Shown here: in pieces, positions 1 to 11,677 of the stretch
Numbering within the stretch: the first letter of the stretch is position 1
Layout: every line of letters starts with the position of its first letter
From: Octopus sinensis
Taxonomy: Eukaryota
NCBI RefSeq assembly: GCF_006345805.1
Contig: NW_021832837.1
Span: forward strand, 34,299-98,298
Direction: 5' to 3'
Length of the DNA stretch: 64,000 bases
Notes under the pieces: generated by a model
The model's database searches: none
What the model was told of the DNA's origin: nothing
The model's input: the letters and a program-made list of their open reading frames with translations, nothing else
Position numbers and translations under genes: made by a program

Positions 1-187
1 TTCAGGTTCTTAACGTTTTCTCAAAAAGTCTAAGAATTATTGTTTAATAACTTGAAAATCATTTTAAATATTCGAACAAAAGTAAATTATATAAAATTTT
101 TCTTTTTACGTTATTTTTTCAAATAATTCTGATTTAAATAAATTAATAGATTTTTTAATCAAAGAATTATAAATTTACCTGACAAGA

Positions 188-952
188 ATGTCGACTGTTC
201 TAATTACAGTGAAATGCAGCAGTTCAGGATTTGGTTTTGGTGTTGATACGGTTTCAAAATCAAAAAAACATTTTGTCTCTGAAATTTTTCCAAATTCACC
301 TGCGTCATTCACAAACTTAGAAATCAACGATATAATATTAGAAATTAATAATAAAAATGTTCAAAACAAATCACATAATTATCTCGCAAAACAAATTAAA
401 AAATCCACCGGAGAAATTCTATTGCTAGTAAAAAGATTTGAAGTTGTAGAAATCGAAGAAACGAAACTTTCAACAAACAGAGCAGAAAGTATATCACTTC
501 CTATAGATACGAAAAATTATTCACCTAGAATATGCCAGATTGCAATATGGAACGGGGAAGATCTGGGAATTCAAATAATCAAGAAAGATCCTGAAAACGG
601 TTTCTTTATTGTCAATGTGGATGAAAATTCACCAGCGGATGTTGCAGGAATTAGAAACAATGATATTATATTGGAAATCGACTCTATCTCAGTAAAGAAT
701 ATGAATTTTGAAGATGTTTTGCAAGCAATAAAAATTAATTGGGGAACAGTCAGTATTTTAGTTGCGGATGAAAATACTTTCAAACATTTCAGAAATTCTG
801 GTGCTGAGATTTCTAGTTCAATGAAAAATATCAAAATTTTAAAAAACTACAAACAGTGGAGTTATAAAAACTGGCTTTTCACAATTGATAGCAATTCACT
901 TCATTCTCGACTAGTCCGCACAAAGCCGGGATTTAACATAACCTCTCTTTAA
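188..952 (+). CDS. Two-PDZ-domain scaffold, NHERF/PDZK1-like
   Basis: 254-aa ORF with two PDZ repeats (GFGF..VSEIFPNSPA..LEINDIILEIN; LGIQ..VDENSPADVAGIRNNDIILEID) and a post-PDZ LVADENTFKHF segment resembling NHERF. The last ~30 codons overlap an antisense retroelement remnant. Confidence 0.75.
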   Translation: MSTVLITVKCSSSGFGFGVDTVSKSKKHFVSEIFPNSPASFTNLEINDIILEINNKNVQNKSHNYLAKQIKKSTGEILLLVKRFEVVEIEETKLSTNRAESISLPIDTKNYSPRICQIAIWNGEDLGIQIIKKDPENGFFIVNVDENSPADVAGIRNNDIILEIDSISVKNMNFEDVLQAIKINWGTVSILVADENTFKHFRNSGAEISSSMKNIKILKNYKQWSYKNWLFTIDSNSLHSRLVRTKPGFNITSL

Positions 953-1735
953 TCTTCGCTTTTAGTTAACGATATGGTTTATTCGCACTGCTGTTTTAGC
1001 GAGTCTAACTCCTCCTCCAAAAAAATTCCCCGAAATGCAGGGGTGCACTTAAATAGGAGGGGTTTTGTGGTCAATATTATTTCATTAAATGTTTTTCAAA
1101 CCAAACATCTTCCTCTTTGATAGGTCGTTTATCCCATCGGGACTTCTGCTGCTGTTTACTGCAAAGATCTCTTTAGGTCTCAATTGAAAGTGAAATCCAG
1201 CAGTACGGAGTGACGAACGGATGGCTAGTTTTAGTTCTCTATTCCCCGATGAGAGTCCAATTTTGTAGACATAATAGAAAGTGGTAGTCGAGCTCGTCGG
1301 CTTGTACGCCGCATCGGCGTTGGTGTTTGGTCGATACGGGCAGTCTGATCTGTGGCAGATTCCAATCCTCACGGATTTGTCGTCATATAGGCTACCAGTT
1401 GTCTCACAAAAGCAAGAGTCAACCAGCGTTCAGGGGCTGGCTGCTCATTTTTTCACCATGTCAGTTGCCTCGTTCAATTTTTCTTAGCTTTGGCGTAAAT
1501 TAGAATTGTAAAGTCGCATCCGATGAAATAGGCAAACACAGTTTCTTCAAAATGGCAAGAAAATCATTAAAACAAAATGATATCCTCTGTCCATTGTAAT
1601 AAGAGAGAATAGTGTCAATCATTTCTCCGGACGAAAGCATTGAAGAAAAGTACACCCCATGTGCTAAATCAGCTAAAGTAATCAGACCGATCCCTCCAAA
1701 GGAAACTAGTAGAATGGCTTGCCTGTGCATCAAAG
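862..1735 (-). mobile_element. Degenerate Gypsy-type LTR retrotransposon gag/pol remnant
   Basis: Minus-strand fragments with stops and frameshifts: gag-like RQAILLVSFGG..LADLA, RT N-terminal EEELDSLKQQ, and RT motif KSRLCAD*. No LTRs seen. Confidence 0.5.
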
Positions 1736-2144
1736 CAGATGTTTAAAATGTTTTCTGCACAGGTCTTTATGAATTGAGCGTAAAAATCACTAAAAATAAA
1801 AACAATATAGTTCCATAAATTGTCCTAAAATTGTTCTTGAAATATTTCTGGAAATTTGGGAATTTTGAAATTGTTAAAATTTCAACTTTTTGGGACAATT
1901 AAATTTCCAATACTTACAAGAATAAGGTTTCCTGTGGTCCAAAGAAGGGTCGGACTCTATCTGGTTTCAAAAAATTTTCAATTGTCAATTTACTGTTTTT
2001 ATCAAAATATTTTCTCTTCATTTCAAAACAAAAAAAAAAATTTCAAAACATAGATGCTTTAGAATTAATATGACTTAAATAAAAATAAATTTTAAATTAT
2101 TTTGTAATTGTTAATCTATAACAAAAAAGTAATTCTAAAATAAT

Positions 2145-4989
2145 TCATGTAGTCCCACAGCCTATATATGAATTATTCTTCTTGCAATAATTAAGGAGAT
2201 CCTCCCAACAAGGGCACTGTTTCATCACATTGGGATTGCCAATTACAATAAGCATGGAAATAGCCCTTGATATTGCCACATTAAATCTTTTTTGGTTAAA
2301 CAGAAACTTCAACGAAATTCGTTGTTCGTGAGATAAATTATGCACTTTAATACTTCTAACCTGCAAAATGAGATACAAAAACACCGTTGATAAAATAACA
2401 ACACGTTTTTCAGATCCTTGAAATTTCTCAATAGTATAGCAATCAACTCCTGTGATATCCCCCGCCTCCAACATCCGCTTTATAAGAAATGCCTGAAGTT
2501 ATAACTGAAAGTAACCTGTTTCTTATAAAAAGACAACACTGCAATTTGATTGAGTGGTATTCCATGTATGATTAGTTCTTTGATGTATATATTAACAATC
2601 AATGCTTCGTATATATTCACAAATGATGTAGAATTTGGAGCAAGATGATCTTCTCCCTGTGGATGGACCGAAAATATTAAAACCTCCACTCCGTGAATTA
2701 GCAACGGAAATTTCTTGTTGGGCAAAAACTTGAAATTATAAAAATTTTCGGATTCTTGTCTTCCCGCCTTAACAACCAATTCGTTATCATAAAAAATCTT
2801 GGATATAAAAATAACTAAATTTTCAAAATTCCTGTAATTATCTATTAATTTAACAATCTGGAGATATATAAAATACATGACCAACCAGGACGGGATTATA
2901 TCCTCCATAATCCTCATATTTAGTCTTTATTCTACAATAAAGTCTATTATCAATAAGTCTGTGGAGAATTGAGTTTGTGATTGCAGAAGATATTTGCTCA
3001 CATGTTAGATTTGTCATGGGACCCAACTGGTGGGGATCTCCGGCCAAAATGAGCTACCAATTACCCACAATTCCAACCTTTCCATTAGTAGTCAATAAAT
3101 TTATAGATATTATTGTACTCGGTTCCGTAGACTGACTCGCCTAAATTATTTAAGTCAATTTATTACCTCATCCACGAATAAATGTGTAAAGAACTTATTA
3201 TCTGAACGAGCACTGGCGAAAACGGCAGATTTAACAAAAGTAGTGCAAACAATCCGTATTGTGTCCAAAGTAGACCTGCGAATGAAATTACGCAAATAAG
3301 GTCTTAATTCCGGAGTTACGTCCTTAAATATTAATTCAAAGAATACATCTTCCTTTCTAACCATTGAATTAAGTCGAATAATATGTTCAGAGTTAATTAT
3401 TCCACTTTGTATTAATTTAAGTGCCTGTCAACATAATTTAAATCACTAACCAATAAATCTACTGATTTGTTTGTCTGGGAGGTGACTAATATTACTGAAT
3501 TAGGAATAAGGGTATATATTTGTAATATTGCTTCTATTATGGTAGTACTTTTCCCAGTCCCTACACATCAATCACGTGACCTTAACCAGGAGGACCGAAT
3601 AGTATAAATGGGACTCGTCCATACCGTCCCTCCACTATATTACACACAGCAGCCTTCTGTCGACTATTTAAATTCTTATTTATAAAATCGAGTGATGGTC
3701 GTCCTCTGATATCAGTGGCCACATAGTCTGGCCTCAAATTGTTATCCAAGGCTATTGGAAACAACACATTGTCAATTGTGTCATCAGACAATAATTCGAT
3801 TGCCTGCAGAGAGAATCTTAAAGGGACACTTTCAGATTATATTCAACTGATACGTGGATATTTTAATCCTCAACAATATTCTGGTCAGATTCGGTACTAA
3901 TCTGGGATTCAAAGCAGGTCGAAGTTGCACTAATCCTTTTCCTTGGTCAATTCTTCCATATTCACATATACAAGTATGAAGCCGTGTACTCTCAGAATAA
4001 TATTCCAAATATATTTCCGTAGCACCAGGTCCGATTGTGTAATCTTCATCAATAATTCCAAGGAATTCAACGTCAAAGTATGTACCATCAAATTTGTCGA
4101 TTGATAGCTTTAATAGTAAAAATGCAATACAGAAGGAATATCATGAGCTGACATGGCTATTTGAGACACGCAGTGATCAAGACGAAGAGCAATCTCCATT
4201 TGCCAACGATACAACGTCGGGATCAATCCCTAATTTAAAAATATATACTTTTTGATACAGATTTGAAATAATTGAGCACAGTATCATAATTGTTAGACAG
4301 AGCCATCCCAGTATATTCTGAACTCTCGAGACAACCACAATATTTTAGTGGAATAAGTTTATTGACCATTTCTCCACTAATAATGTCATTTATAAACAAA
4401 AAACCGAGGGCGACGTATATATACAGAATCGACAGGGGGGATATAATAAATCAAGTCCAGAGTTTGTGGCCGATCGTCACTGTAGAGTAAGGAGGCCACG
4501 GGGATTTGTATTAAACATTCCAACTTGAGAGATATTGTCACAGGGGAGGTTCCTTCTGCCGCAAATACCACAGACTGATTGTCAAATCCAGGGAATTGAG
4601 GAGAAAATACGACTTCGAAATTTGCCCTCTCCCCATTTGCAATTTCAATTACAGTCTGAGATTTCATTAATTTATCTTTGTAGTATATTTTTATCTGTTT
4701 GGAGTAAGATCGCAATAGTTCGCACTCCACTTTGATAGATGTCTGTGAATTATTCCTGAAGGTAAATAATTTGATTTAACTTGAGATAAAATGATTTTGT
4801 AACCGGAGAGGACTTGTAAACAAAGTTGTTAGAATACTCTAGAGTTGGGTGCGAAATGACTAGTTGTCTAAGAAGAATTAATTGCCAGATTTACTGTTTG
4901 TTGGCTGTATTTTGAGGCTATAATTGTGTTAGTTATGTGGTTAATACATGTAGTGATATTTGTTTAAATTTAGAGACGATTTCATCCAT
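2145..4989 (-). CDS. MOV10: MOV10/Armitage-like UPF1-family (SF1) RNA helicase, multi-exon
   Basis: Motifs FILFGPPG|TGK, HLFVDE, LAGDPHQLGP, IEKFQGSEKRVVILST, RFNVAISRA..LIVIGNP and a C-terminal W..LLNYC..NNSYIG. The frame is restored from ATG 4989 by removing ~25-30-nt GT-AG introns. Confidence 0.85.
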
Positions 4990-5303
4990 AACAAAATAGA
5001 GAATGCGGTTATATTTAAAAAATTTATTATTTAATTAAAATAAAATCAAGTATTACATTTTTAATAATTTGATTTAAGATTAGCATAATAGTGTTAAAAA
5101 AGTCTCACTCAAAAACTAAGTTGTTTTTATGAAATCATATTAGAAAAGTCGTTCAACATGCCATTCTTTGTTTATCTTGCGACTAGGAAATTTTCATGAC
5201 TTGAGTGTGTCCATTAGTACGAACAGAGACTCCGTTATGCGACGAGGATTGTCTTAATTAGCCTCTAACTCGAGTTTTCATTGTAGGCTATACAGTGATA
5301 TTA

Positions 5304-5389
5304 TGTGACATGGTTTGCGCGATACCTATGGCCCGCGCGATACCTGACGTGACCTTGAAATGTACAATTATGACATTGATGGGATTAAA

Positions 5390-5421
<32 letters not shown>

Positions 5422-7016
5422 AGTAAAAATGGAACTGTAAAACATTTTCAGGACTTCATTATCGAATTGAGGAGGTGGTAATTTACTAAATTAGCTAAAG
5501 ACTCTCTCATTTTGACAAAAAATTATATTTGTAGGAATTTAATTATCAGAAATTAATTTTTTTGGTGGAAAACCTAAATTCTTGAGTTATTTCTAGCGTG
5601 CAAGTATATTTTGCAGCAATGTCCTCGTACAAAGGTTATGTAAAGAATAGTTTGGAATATCAAATTTTAAAAGATGTTTTACAGGATAAATTTCCTGAAC
5701 ATCTTACAAAGCAAAAAAATATAGACTAGTTAAGAAAATTGAAAATTTTACTGTAATTAATGAAAGGTATCATACAAATTGTAAATGTATAGATTGTATC
5801 TTAAATGTGCGAATTCAGATCACAAGCTAGTGATTTGTCTAGACAATGAACCCGAAATGGAGATCGTTGCTAAAAGTTTGCATGACTTCTTGCATGGAGG
5901 AGTTAACAAAATTGAATATGAATGTCGACAACGATATTTCACAGTTAAAAATGAGATTATTAGAAAAGTCATTCGAAACTGTGAAATTTGTAAATTTGCG
6001 CGACCCTTAAAAGTTTTAACTTTTTTAAATCCTAGATTGGAGATATAAATAACCATGTCTTTGCATCTAGCCCAAATGAAAGATTTCAGATAGATCTTAT
6101 AGATCTGAAAAGTTTTTCTACCATAAATAAAAATTTTAATGGATTTTAACGGCATTGACGTATATAGCAGGTTAGTTTTTTTAACAATTTTTATAGATTT
6201 GCATTTGCGAGGCCGCTCTACACTAAGTCCTCAAATGAAGTTTGTGAAAACCTTATTTTTCTTAAATGGTCCGTGTCAATTTCTTCAGTCCGATAATGGG
6301 ACTGAATTCAAGAATCGTGAAATGACCAATCTATGTGAGGAATTCAATATCAAACGAATTCACGGAAGGCCAAACAATCCCCGCTCACAAGGGATTGTCG
6401 AACGCTTCAACCAGTCAATTACAAGAAAAATGGCAAAAATGATCGACAATGATAATAAAAAGTGGCTGGAAAAATTAGAAAATGCAGTGTACAGTTATAA
6501 CATTTCTGTCCACTCATCTTCTAATGAGAGCCCTTTTGAAAGATACCGGGGAATAAGTGGAATAAATACAATATTTTATGGTTGTAATTATAAAATTATT
6601 CCTTAGATAATTCAGGTAATGATTTGTTGAGTCCTGATCAAGTCGATGATGCAAACAATTGTCCGAGTCCAATTGAAAATTCATGTAATTTGAATTTCTA
6701 TATGTAGATGATTGTAATTATTCGTTTACAAGTCCGAAAAGATTGCGACTGAATAAGTTTGAATCTCCATATTATCCATCTGCAGAAATTATCAGTATTT
6801 TATCAAACAATCGCGTTGAGGTAGTTTAAACATTCAAATTTAATAGATAAAAAATTCGATGAGCGAAATTTCGATTGTGCCAATGTCCAGACTTAAAAAA
6901 TTAACAAGTTATTATTCTTTGAAGTTTAATATTAATTACAATATTGACATTAAGTTAAGCTGCAAGGTCACGTCAGGTATCGCGCGGCCCATAGGTATCA
7001 CGCAAACCATGTCACA
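5304..7016 (+). mobile_element. Ginger-like (integrase-type DDE) DNA transposon, copy 1
   Basis: ~55-bp TIRs TGTGACATGG...CCATGTCACA and 5-bp TSD TATTA (5299-5303 / 7017-7021). Internal transposase with HHCC finger and rve core (LQSDNGTEF, SQGIVERFNQ). Confidence 0.9.
5619..6920 (+). pseudogene. Ginger-like transposase with micro-introns, frameshifted and internally deleted
   Basis: MSSYKGYVKN start, LHDFLHGG..CEIC, FQIDLIDL, SDNGTEF, ERFNQ. Introns e.g. 5767-5792 and 6013-6035. Frameshifts near 5712 and 6140; ~170-bp deletion relative to copy 2. Confidence 0.8.
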
Positions 7017-7800
7017 TATTATGAAAATTCTCAACAATGACTCTCCTTATTATGACGAACTGAAGTTTTTACGTGACGACTCCTTTAATTGTATTAACCG
7101 CCGGTTTTTTAAAAAACAAGTACGGAGTTTGTGAGCATTCTAACTGACAAAAGAAAATGGCCGGTTTATTTATAAATTTCTACAAAATAGATTCATGAAT
7201 TTTATTTTTAAAATAAGTTTTTATCATTGAGTCAATCAATGAAAGCATACATTTAAATATAATCTTATACTTTTCTTAATTAGAGATTTCCCAAATGATT
7301 TATTTTGGTATTTGTTGGGAGATTAAGGCCCAAATAAACGGTATCCTGAGGTTAGCTTAAATTAGTCTTGATATTTACTTCCGCGACAACTTAAATAACA
7401 TCAAAATTAACATTTAAAAAATTCTATGAGAATAAATACGTTTTTGATGTATCAAATTTAGAAGAGACATTAAATAAATTTCTTGTAATAAAATAAGATT
7501 GTCCCCAACCTACAGCGGTTTTAAAAATATCCATACTCCACAACTGCAATTGTTTTGTCAAAATAATTTTGAAACCCATGGAATATTAATTTGAAGAACA
7601 AGAGAATGTAAAAAGAAAATAAACCATACAGCGTAATGAATATCTTATTTTCTAGTTAATTATAATAATTTCCAGGTCAATGTAGAATGTGAATAATTTT
7701 AGATTTCATTTGGGTCTATTTTTTAAATAGTTTTTGTGCTATAGTTTTCTCAACAAGGTTAACCAGACAACAGTTTTATATCTTAATAATAAAATGGTTG

Positions 7801-7872
7801 GTGTGTGTCTGTCTGTCTGTCTGTCTTGTGTCTGTCGTGTGTCTGTCTGTCTGTCTGTCTGTCTGTGTGTGC
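7801..7872. repeat. (TGTC)n/(TG)n microsatellite at the Helitron 5' end
   Basis: Directly visible imperfect TGTC/TG tract. Confidence 0.95.
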
Positions 7873-7898
7873 ACACCAACTTCAAATTGGCAATACGA

Positions 7899-8775
7899 TG
7901 TCCTCGACTTACATGATGAGGTCCTAAAACCTTCCCCCCAAAAAAATAAAAAAAATTTTTCTGCATTTTGGTTAAAATGAACAACTACAATGTCCTCGAC
8001 TTACATGATGTCCTTAAAACCTTCCCCCCAAAAAAAATTAAAAAAAATTTTCTGCATTTTGGTTAAAATGAACAACTACAATGTCCTCGACTTACATGAT
8101 GAAGTCCTTAAAACCTTCCCCCCAAAAAATTAAAAAAAAATTTTCTGCATTTTGGTTAAAATGAACAACTACAATGTCCTCGACTTACATGATGAAGTCC
8201 TTAAAACCTTCCCCCCCAAAAAAAAAAAAAAAATTTTCTGCATTTTGGTTAAAATGAACAACTACAATGTCCTCGACTTACATGATGAAGTCCTTAAAAC
8301 CTTCCCCCCCAAAAAAATTAAAAAAAAATTTTCTGCATTTTGGTTAAAATGAACAACTACAATGTCCTCGACTTACATGATGAAGTCCTTAAAACCTCCC
8401 CCCCCAAAAAAATTAAAAAAAAATTTTCTGCATTTTGGTTAAAATGAACAACTACAATGTCCTCGACTTACATGATGAAGTCCTTAAAACCTTCCCCCCC
8501 AAAAAAATTAAAAAAAAATTTTCTGCATTTTGGTTAAAATGAACAACTACAATGTCCTCGACTTACATGATGAAGTCCTTAAAACCTTCCCTCCCAAAAA
8601 AAATTAAAAAAAATTTTCTGCATTTTGGTTAAAATGAACAACTACAATGTCCTCGACTTACATGAAGTCCTTAAAACCTTCCCCCCAAAAATCAAAAAAT
8701 TATTTTCTGCATTTTGATTAAAATGAACAACGCGAATGTCCTCGACATTCATGATGAGGTCCATTAAAACCTTCA
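7899..8775. repeat. ~93-bp tandem minisatellite, ~9.5 copies, inside the Helitron
   Basis: Unit TGTCCTCGACTTACATGATGAAGTCCTTAAAACCTTC(n)AAAAAAATTAAAAAAAATTTTCTGCATTTTGGTTAAAATGAACAACTACAA, starts spaced 89-95 bp apart. Confidence 0.95.
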
Positions 8776-8985
8776 AGGCAAAAATCTCACGTATTAAGAA
8801 TATCCTTGATGAAAACGACAGCGAGAATATTAACAATGATGAACTCCCAATTATTCGCGATAAAGAAATTCAATTCATCCTATGTTTTTCTCTTTAAAAT
8901 TAAATGCATATATCATTATCGACCATGAATCAAAATTAAAGCTATTATCATATTTGACTTTGACAGAATGTGCAATCACAGATTG

Positions 8986-9190
8986 CACGACTTTGAATAG
9001 AGTGTGCAATTAACAGATTTTGAAAAACCACTTTGATAGTTGAAACCACATTAGCACAGTCATTAACACAATTTACCACCAATTGACGCACGACCTTGAA
9101 TAGAGTGTGCAATTAACAGATTTTGAAAAACACTTTGATAGTTGAAACCACACATTAGCACAACCATAACACAATTTACCACCAATTGAC
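8986..9190. repeat. ~102-bp tandem duplication (2 copies) inside the Helitron
   Basis: CACGAC(T/C)TTGAATAGAGTGTGCAATTAACAG...CCACCAATTGAC present twice. Confidence 0.9.
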
Positions 9191-11022
9191 AGCGCAATCA
9201 GAAGAATTTGCGTAAAAATATTAACTATTTACTTGAGTTTTTCGTAAAATAGAATTTATTTTCGGTATGCCTCTTTTCCTAAACTTTTTTATTATTCAAA
9301 AATAATTTTTTAAATAGATAACCGAAGGAGGAAACGAAGCTGAAGAAAAAACGGTCAGCTTAATAAGGTAATTAATTAAATCTTTTTTGTGTGTCGCTTT
9401 CTTGCCTGCCGCATCTCCCCCTGCCCCATTTCCGCCAGTAATAAACAAAAAAATAAAAAAGAAAAAAAAGGAAATTACAAAGGAAAAATGAAAAAATTAA
9501 ATATAAAAAAAATAGACCACAAAAAATGAAAAAAAAAGTTTTGCAATGACAATAACAAGGCCCAGGGACAGTCATTAAAGGTAGTTGGGTTATTTTTAGA
9601 GAGTGAGTGCTTTTCACATGGACAGCTTATGTGGGATGCTCGAGGGTAGGCAGAAGAGAAAATTATTCATATATGCCAAGGAAGGACGGACGACAAACAT
9701 CGTTTATCAACAGGCGATAGAAAAGGGTACATTAAACCAGGTAGTTTTATACATCTACATAAACTTATAGTTTTTGATGAAACAGGCCCTCCGCAGGAGC
9801 TAGGTCGCGGTGAGCGAGCGAGCTGCCGAGCTAGTGCTTCTTAATTTTAATGTTTTAAAGGTTAGAAGGTGCCCCAATTTTTTTCATAATTTTAGAAATT
9901 TAGTCTTAAGATTAATTTGGTAATAAATTTAATATTCTAAAAAAACAAATATCACTGTTTTGAACTCGAAAAACACTACAATTGCACATCGTTTTCGAGA
10001 ATTATATAGATTAAATAACACTTAATTATTCAACCATTTTTAATGCCCATTATTTATACCCATTTTTTTGAAAAATGATAGCAAAGTTCGCTTCATTGCT
10101 ATCGGCTGTGGTTCCTTGCTTTTTGTACCGAAATGTTTGTTTAGAACGAGCTCCGACAATCTTGTAACTGGTTAATCTTACATATAAATTAAAAAGTCCT
10201 AGGAGTGAAAAATATAGTCACATTTGAACGTTTGTGACATTATGACACAAGCATTAAAGACTAAATAAAACGTTATTACTGTTTGAGAGTTCGCGCATTT
10301 GAACTGATGGGCCTTAATTTTGACATAAAAAAGGTCGAATTACTGAAAATATCATATAATCAAACGTGTTTTCTTCAACAGCAGAAGAGCTCTTGAATGC
10401 TTTTCCAGTAACTATAAGTGTAGAGAAATTCTACTTTGGAGAGAAGAAAATTATTTATAAACGAGCTCAAACCTTTCTCTTACAGAAATCTAAATTGTAT
10501 CATATTCGTGTTTCTAGATATTTATTATAAATTCATTATTCTGAAGTGTTAAATCTTTTACATCATGCGGACATCACCTTATTTCCTGGTTAGCGAAATG
10601 CTCTTTTCTTTAGATAACATAATTTTTGTGATATTCTGAATGTTCATATTAACAATTCGGCATGCAAATTTTTAAACTACTTATCTTTAAACGCTCCTAT
10701 TGACTCTTCACTCCTATAATTTAAAATTTTACTTTTCGTTTTTAAATACATTTTTTGAGGTTTCTATTGACTGTTAAAGTCTATTTTTGACTTAAGGCAA
10801 ATATATTTAATTAGATGAAACAAAACTGACTACGACTATCACAAAAATTTAAAATTCCAAATTTTTTTGATAGTATTAACTTAAGCCAGATCAATCCGTA
10901 CAAACACTAGTTGTTTCTGTTTTTTAAATTTCGAGGATAAAAACAACACCGGACCTGTAAACTTAATTTCATTATTATGTTAATCAGTTCCTATCAGTTC
11001 GGTGAAAAATAATTAGAAAGGC

Positions 11023-11601
11023 TGGCCGCATCCCGTTTCGCTTTGGATTGCACGCTCTATCGTGCAGACGCAGTGCTGGCCGCATCCCGCGTCACGCCGC
11101 TCTTAACGACCTTATCAGGAGAGCCCTGGAAGTCGCCGGAATCCCCTCCCTGCTTGAACCCACTGGGATCGATCGGGGAGACGGAAAAAGGCCTGACGGG
11201 ATAACTGTGTTTCCTTTCAACAGGGGGAAGCCTCTCACCTGGATGCCACGTGTGTGACTCTTTCTCGCCTCAGAACCTGCTGATGTCGGCCTCCGCTCCT
11301 GGATCTATTGTCACAACCGCGGAATGCAAAAAGATGCGGAAGTACTCCTCACTTACGGAGAAGTTCCAATTCCTTCCATTCGCGGTTGAGACTTCCGGTT
11401 CCTTGGGCAGTAAGGCAATCAGCTTCGTTCAGGAGATCGGATCCCGCATGTCTGCCATCACAGGCGACGCCCGCAAATCGAGATGGTTTTTCGAGCGGAT
11501 ATCCCTTGCGATAGTACGCTCTAATTCTTTCTCGATCGCGTCGGCTTCCCGCACTTGAAGCTTTTAATTAATTAACTTGTAGTTATTGGTTGGTTTTCTT
11601 T
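11023..11601 (+). mobile_element. 5'-truncated CRE-like RLE non-LTR retrotransposon (copy A)
   Basis: [40 protein letters not shown] (CCHC plus restriction-like endonuclease). 13-bp TSD TAATTAGAAAGGC (11010-11022 / 11602-11614). Confidence 0.85.
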
Positions 11602-11677
11602 TAATTAGAAAGGCAAATTATGGTATTTACCTGAACGAGTGATTTTTAAGCATCTAAAGTCTCTTAATATTATAAAC

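Larger units (their letters stand above)
7781..9834 (+). mobile_element. Non-autonomous Helitron
   Basis: A|TC 5' end followed by a (TGTC)n tract; GC-rich subterminal segment and CTAG|T 3' end. Helicase C-terminal remnant FAMTINKAQGQSLKVVG..CFSHGQLYVGCSRVG..TTNIVY at ~9540-9725 (frameshifted). Confidence 0.85.

Noticed and set aside
5304-7016. Interpretation as an LTR retrotransposon or Maverick integrase
   Set aside because: The ends are inverted rather than direct repeats, there is no RT or polB, and the gene has introns.
7734-8836. ORFs over the microsatellite and 93-bp array
   Set aside because: They are translations of low-complexity repeats inside a Helitron.
10000-10980. Possible hidden micro-intron gene
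   Set aside because: No consistent spliced frame or motif could be assembled by eye.
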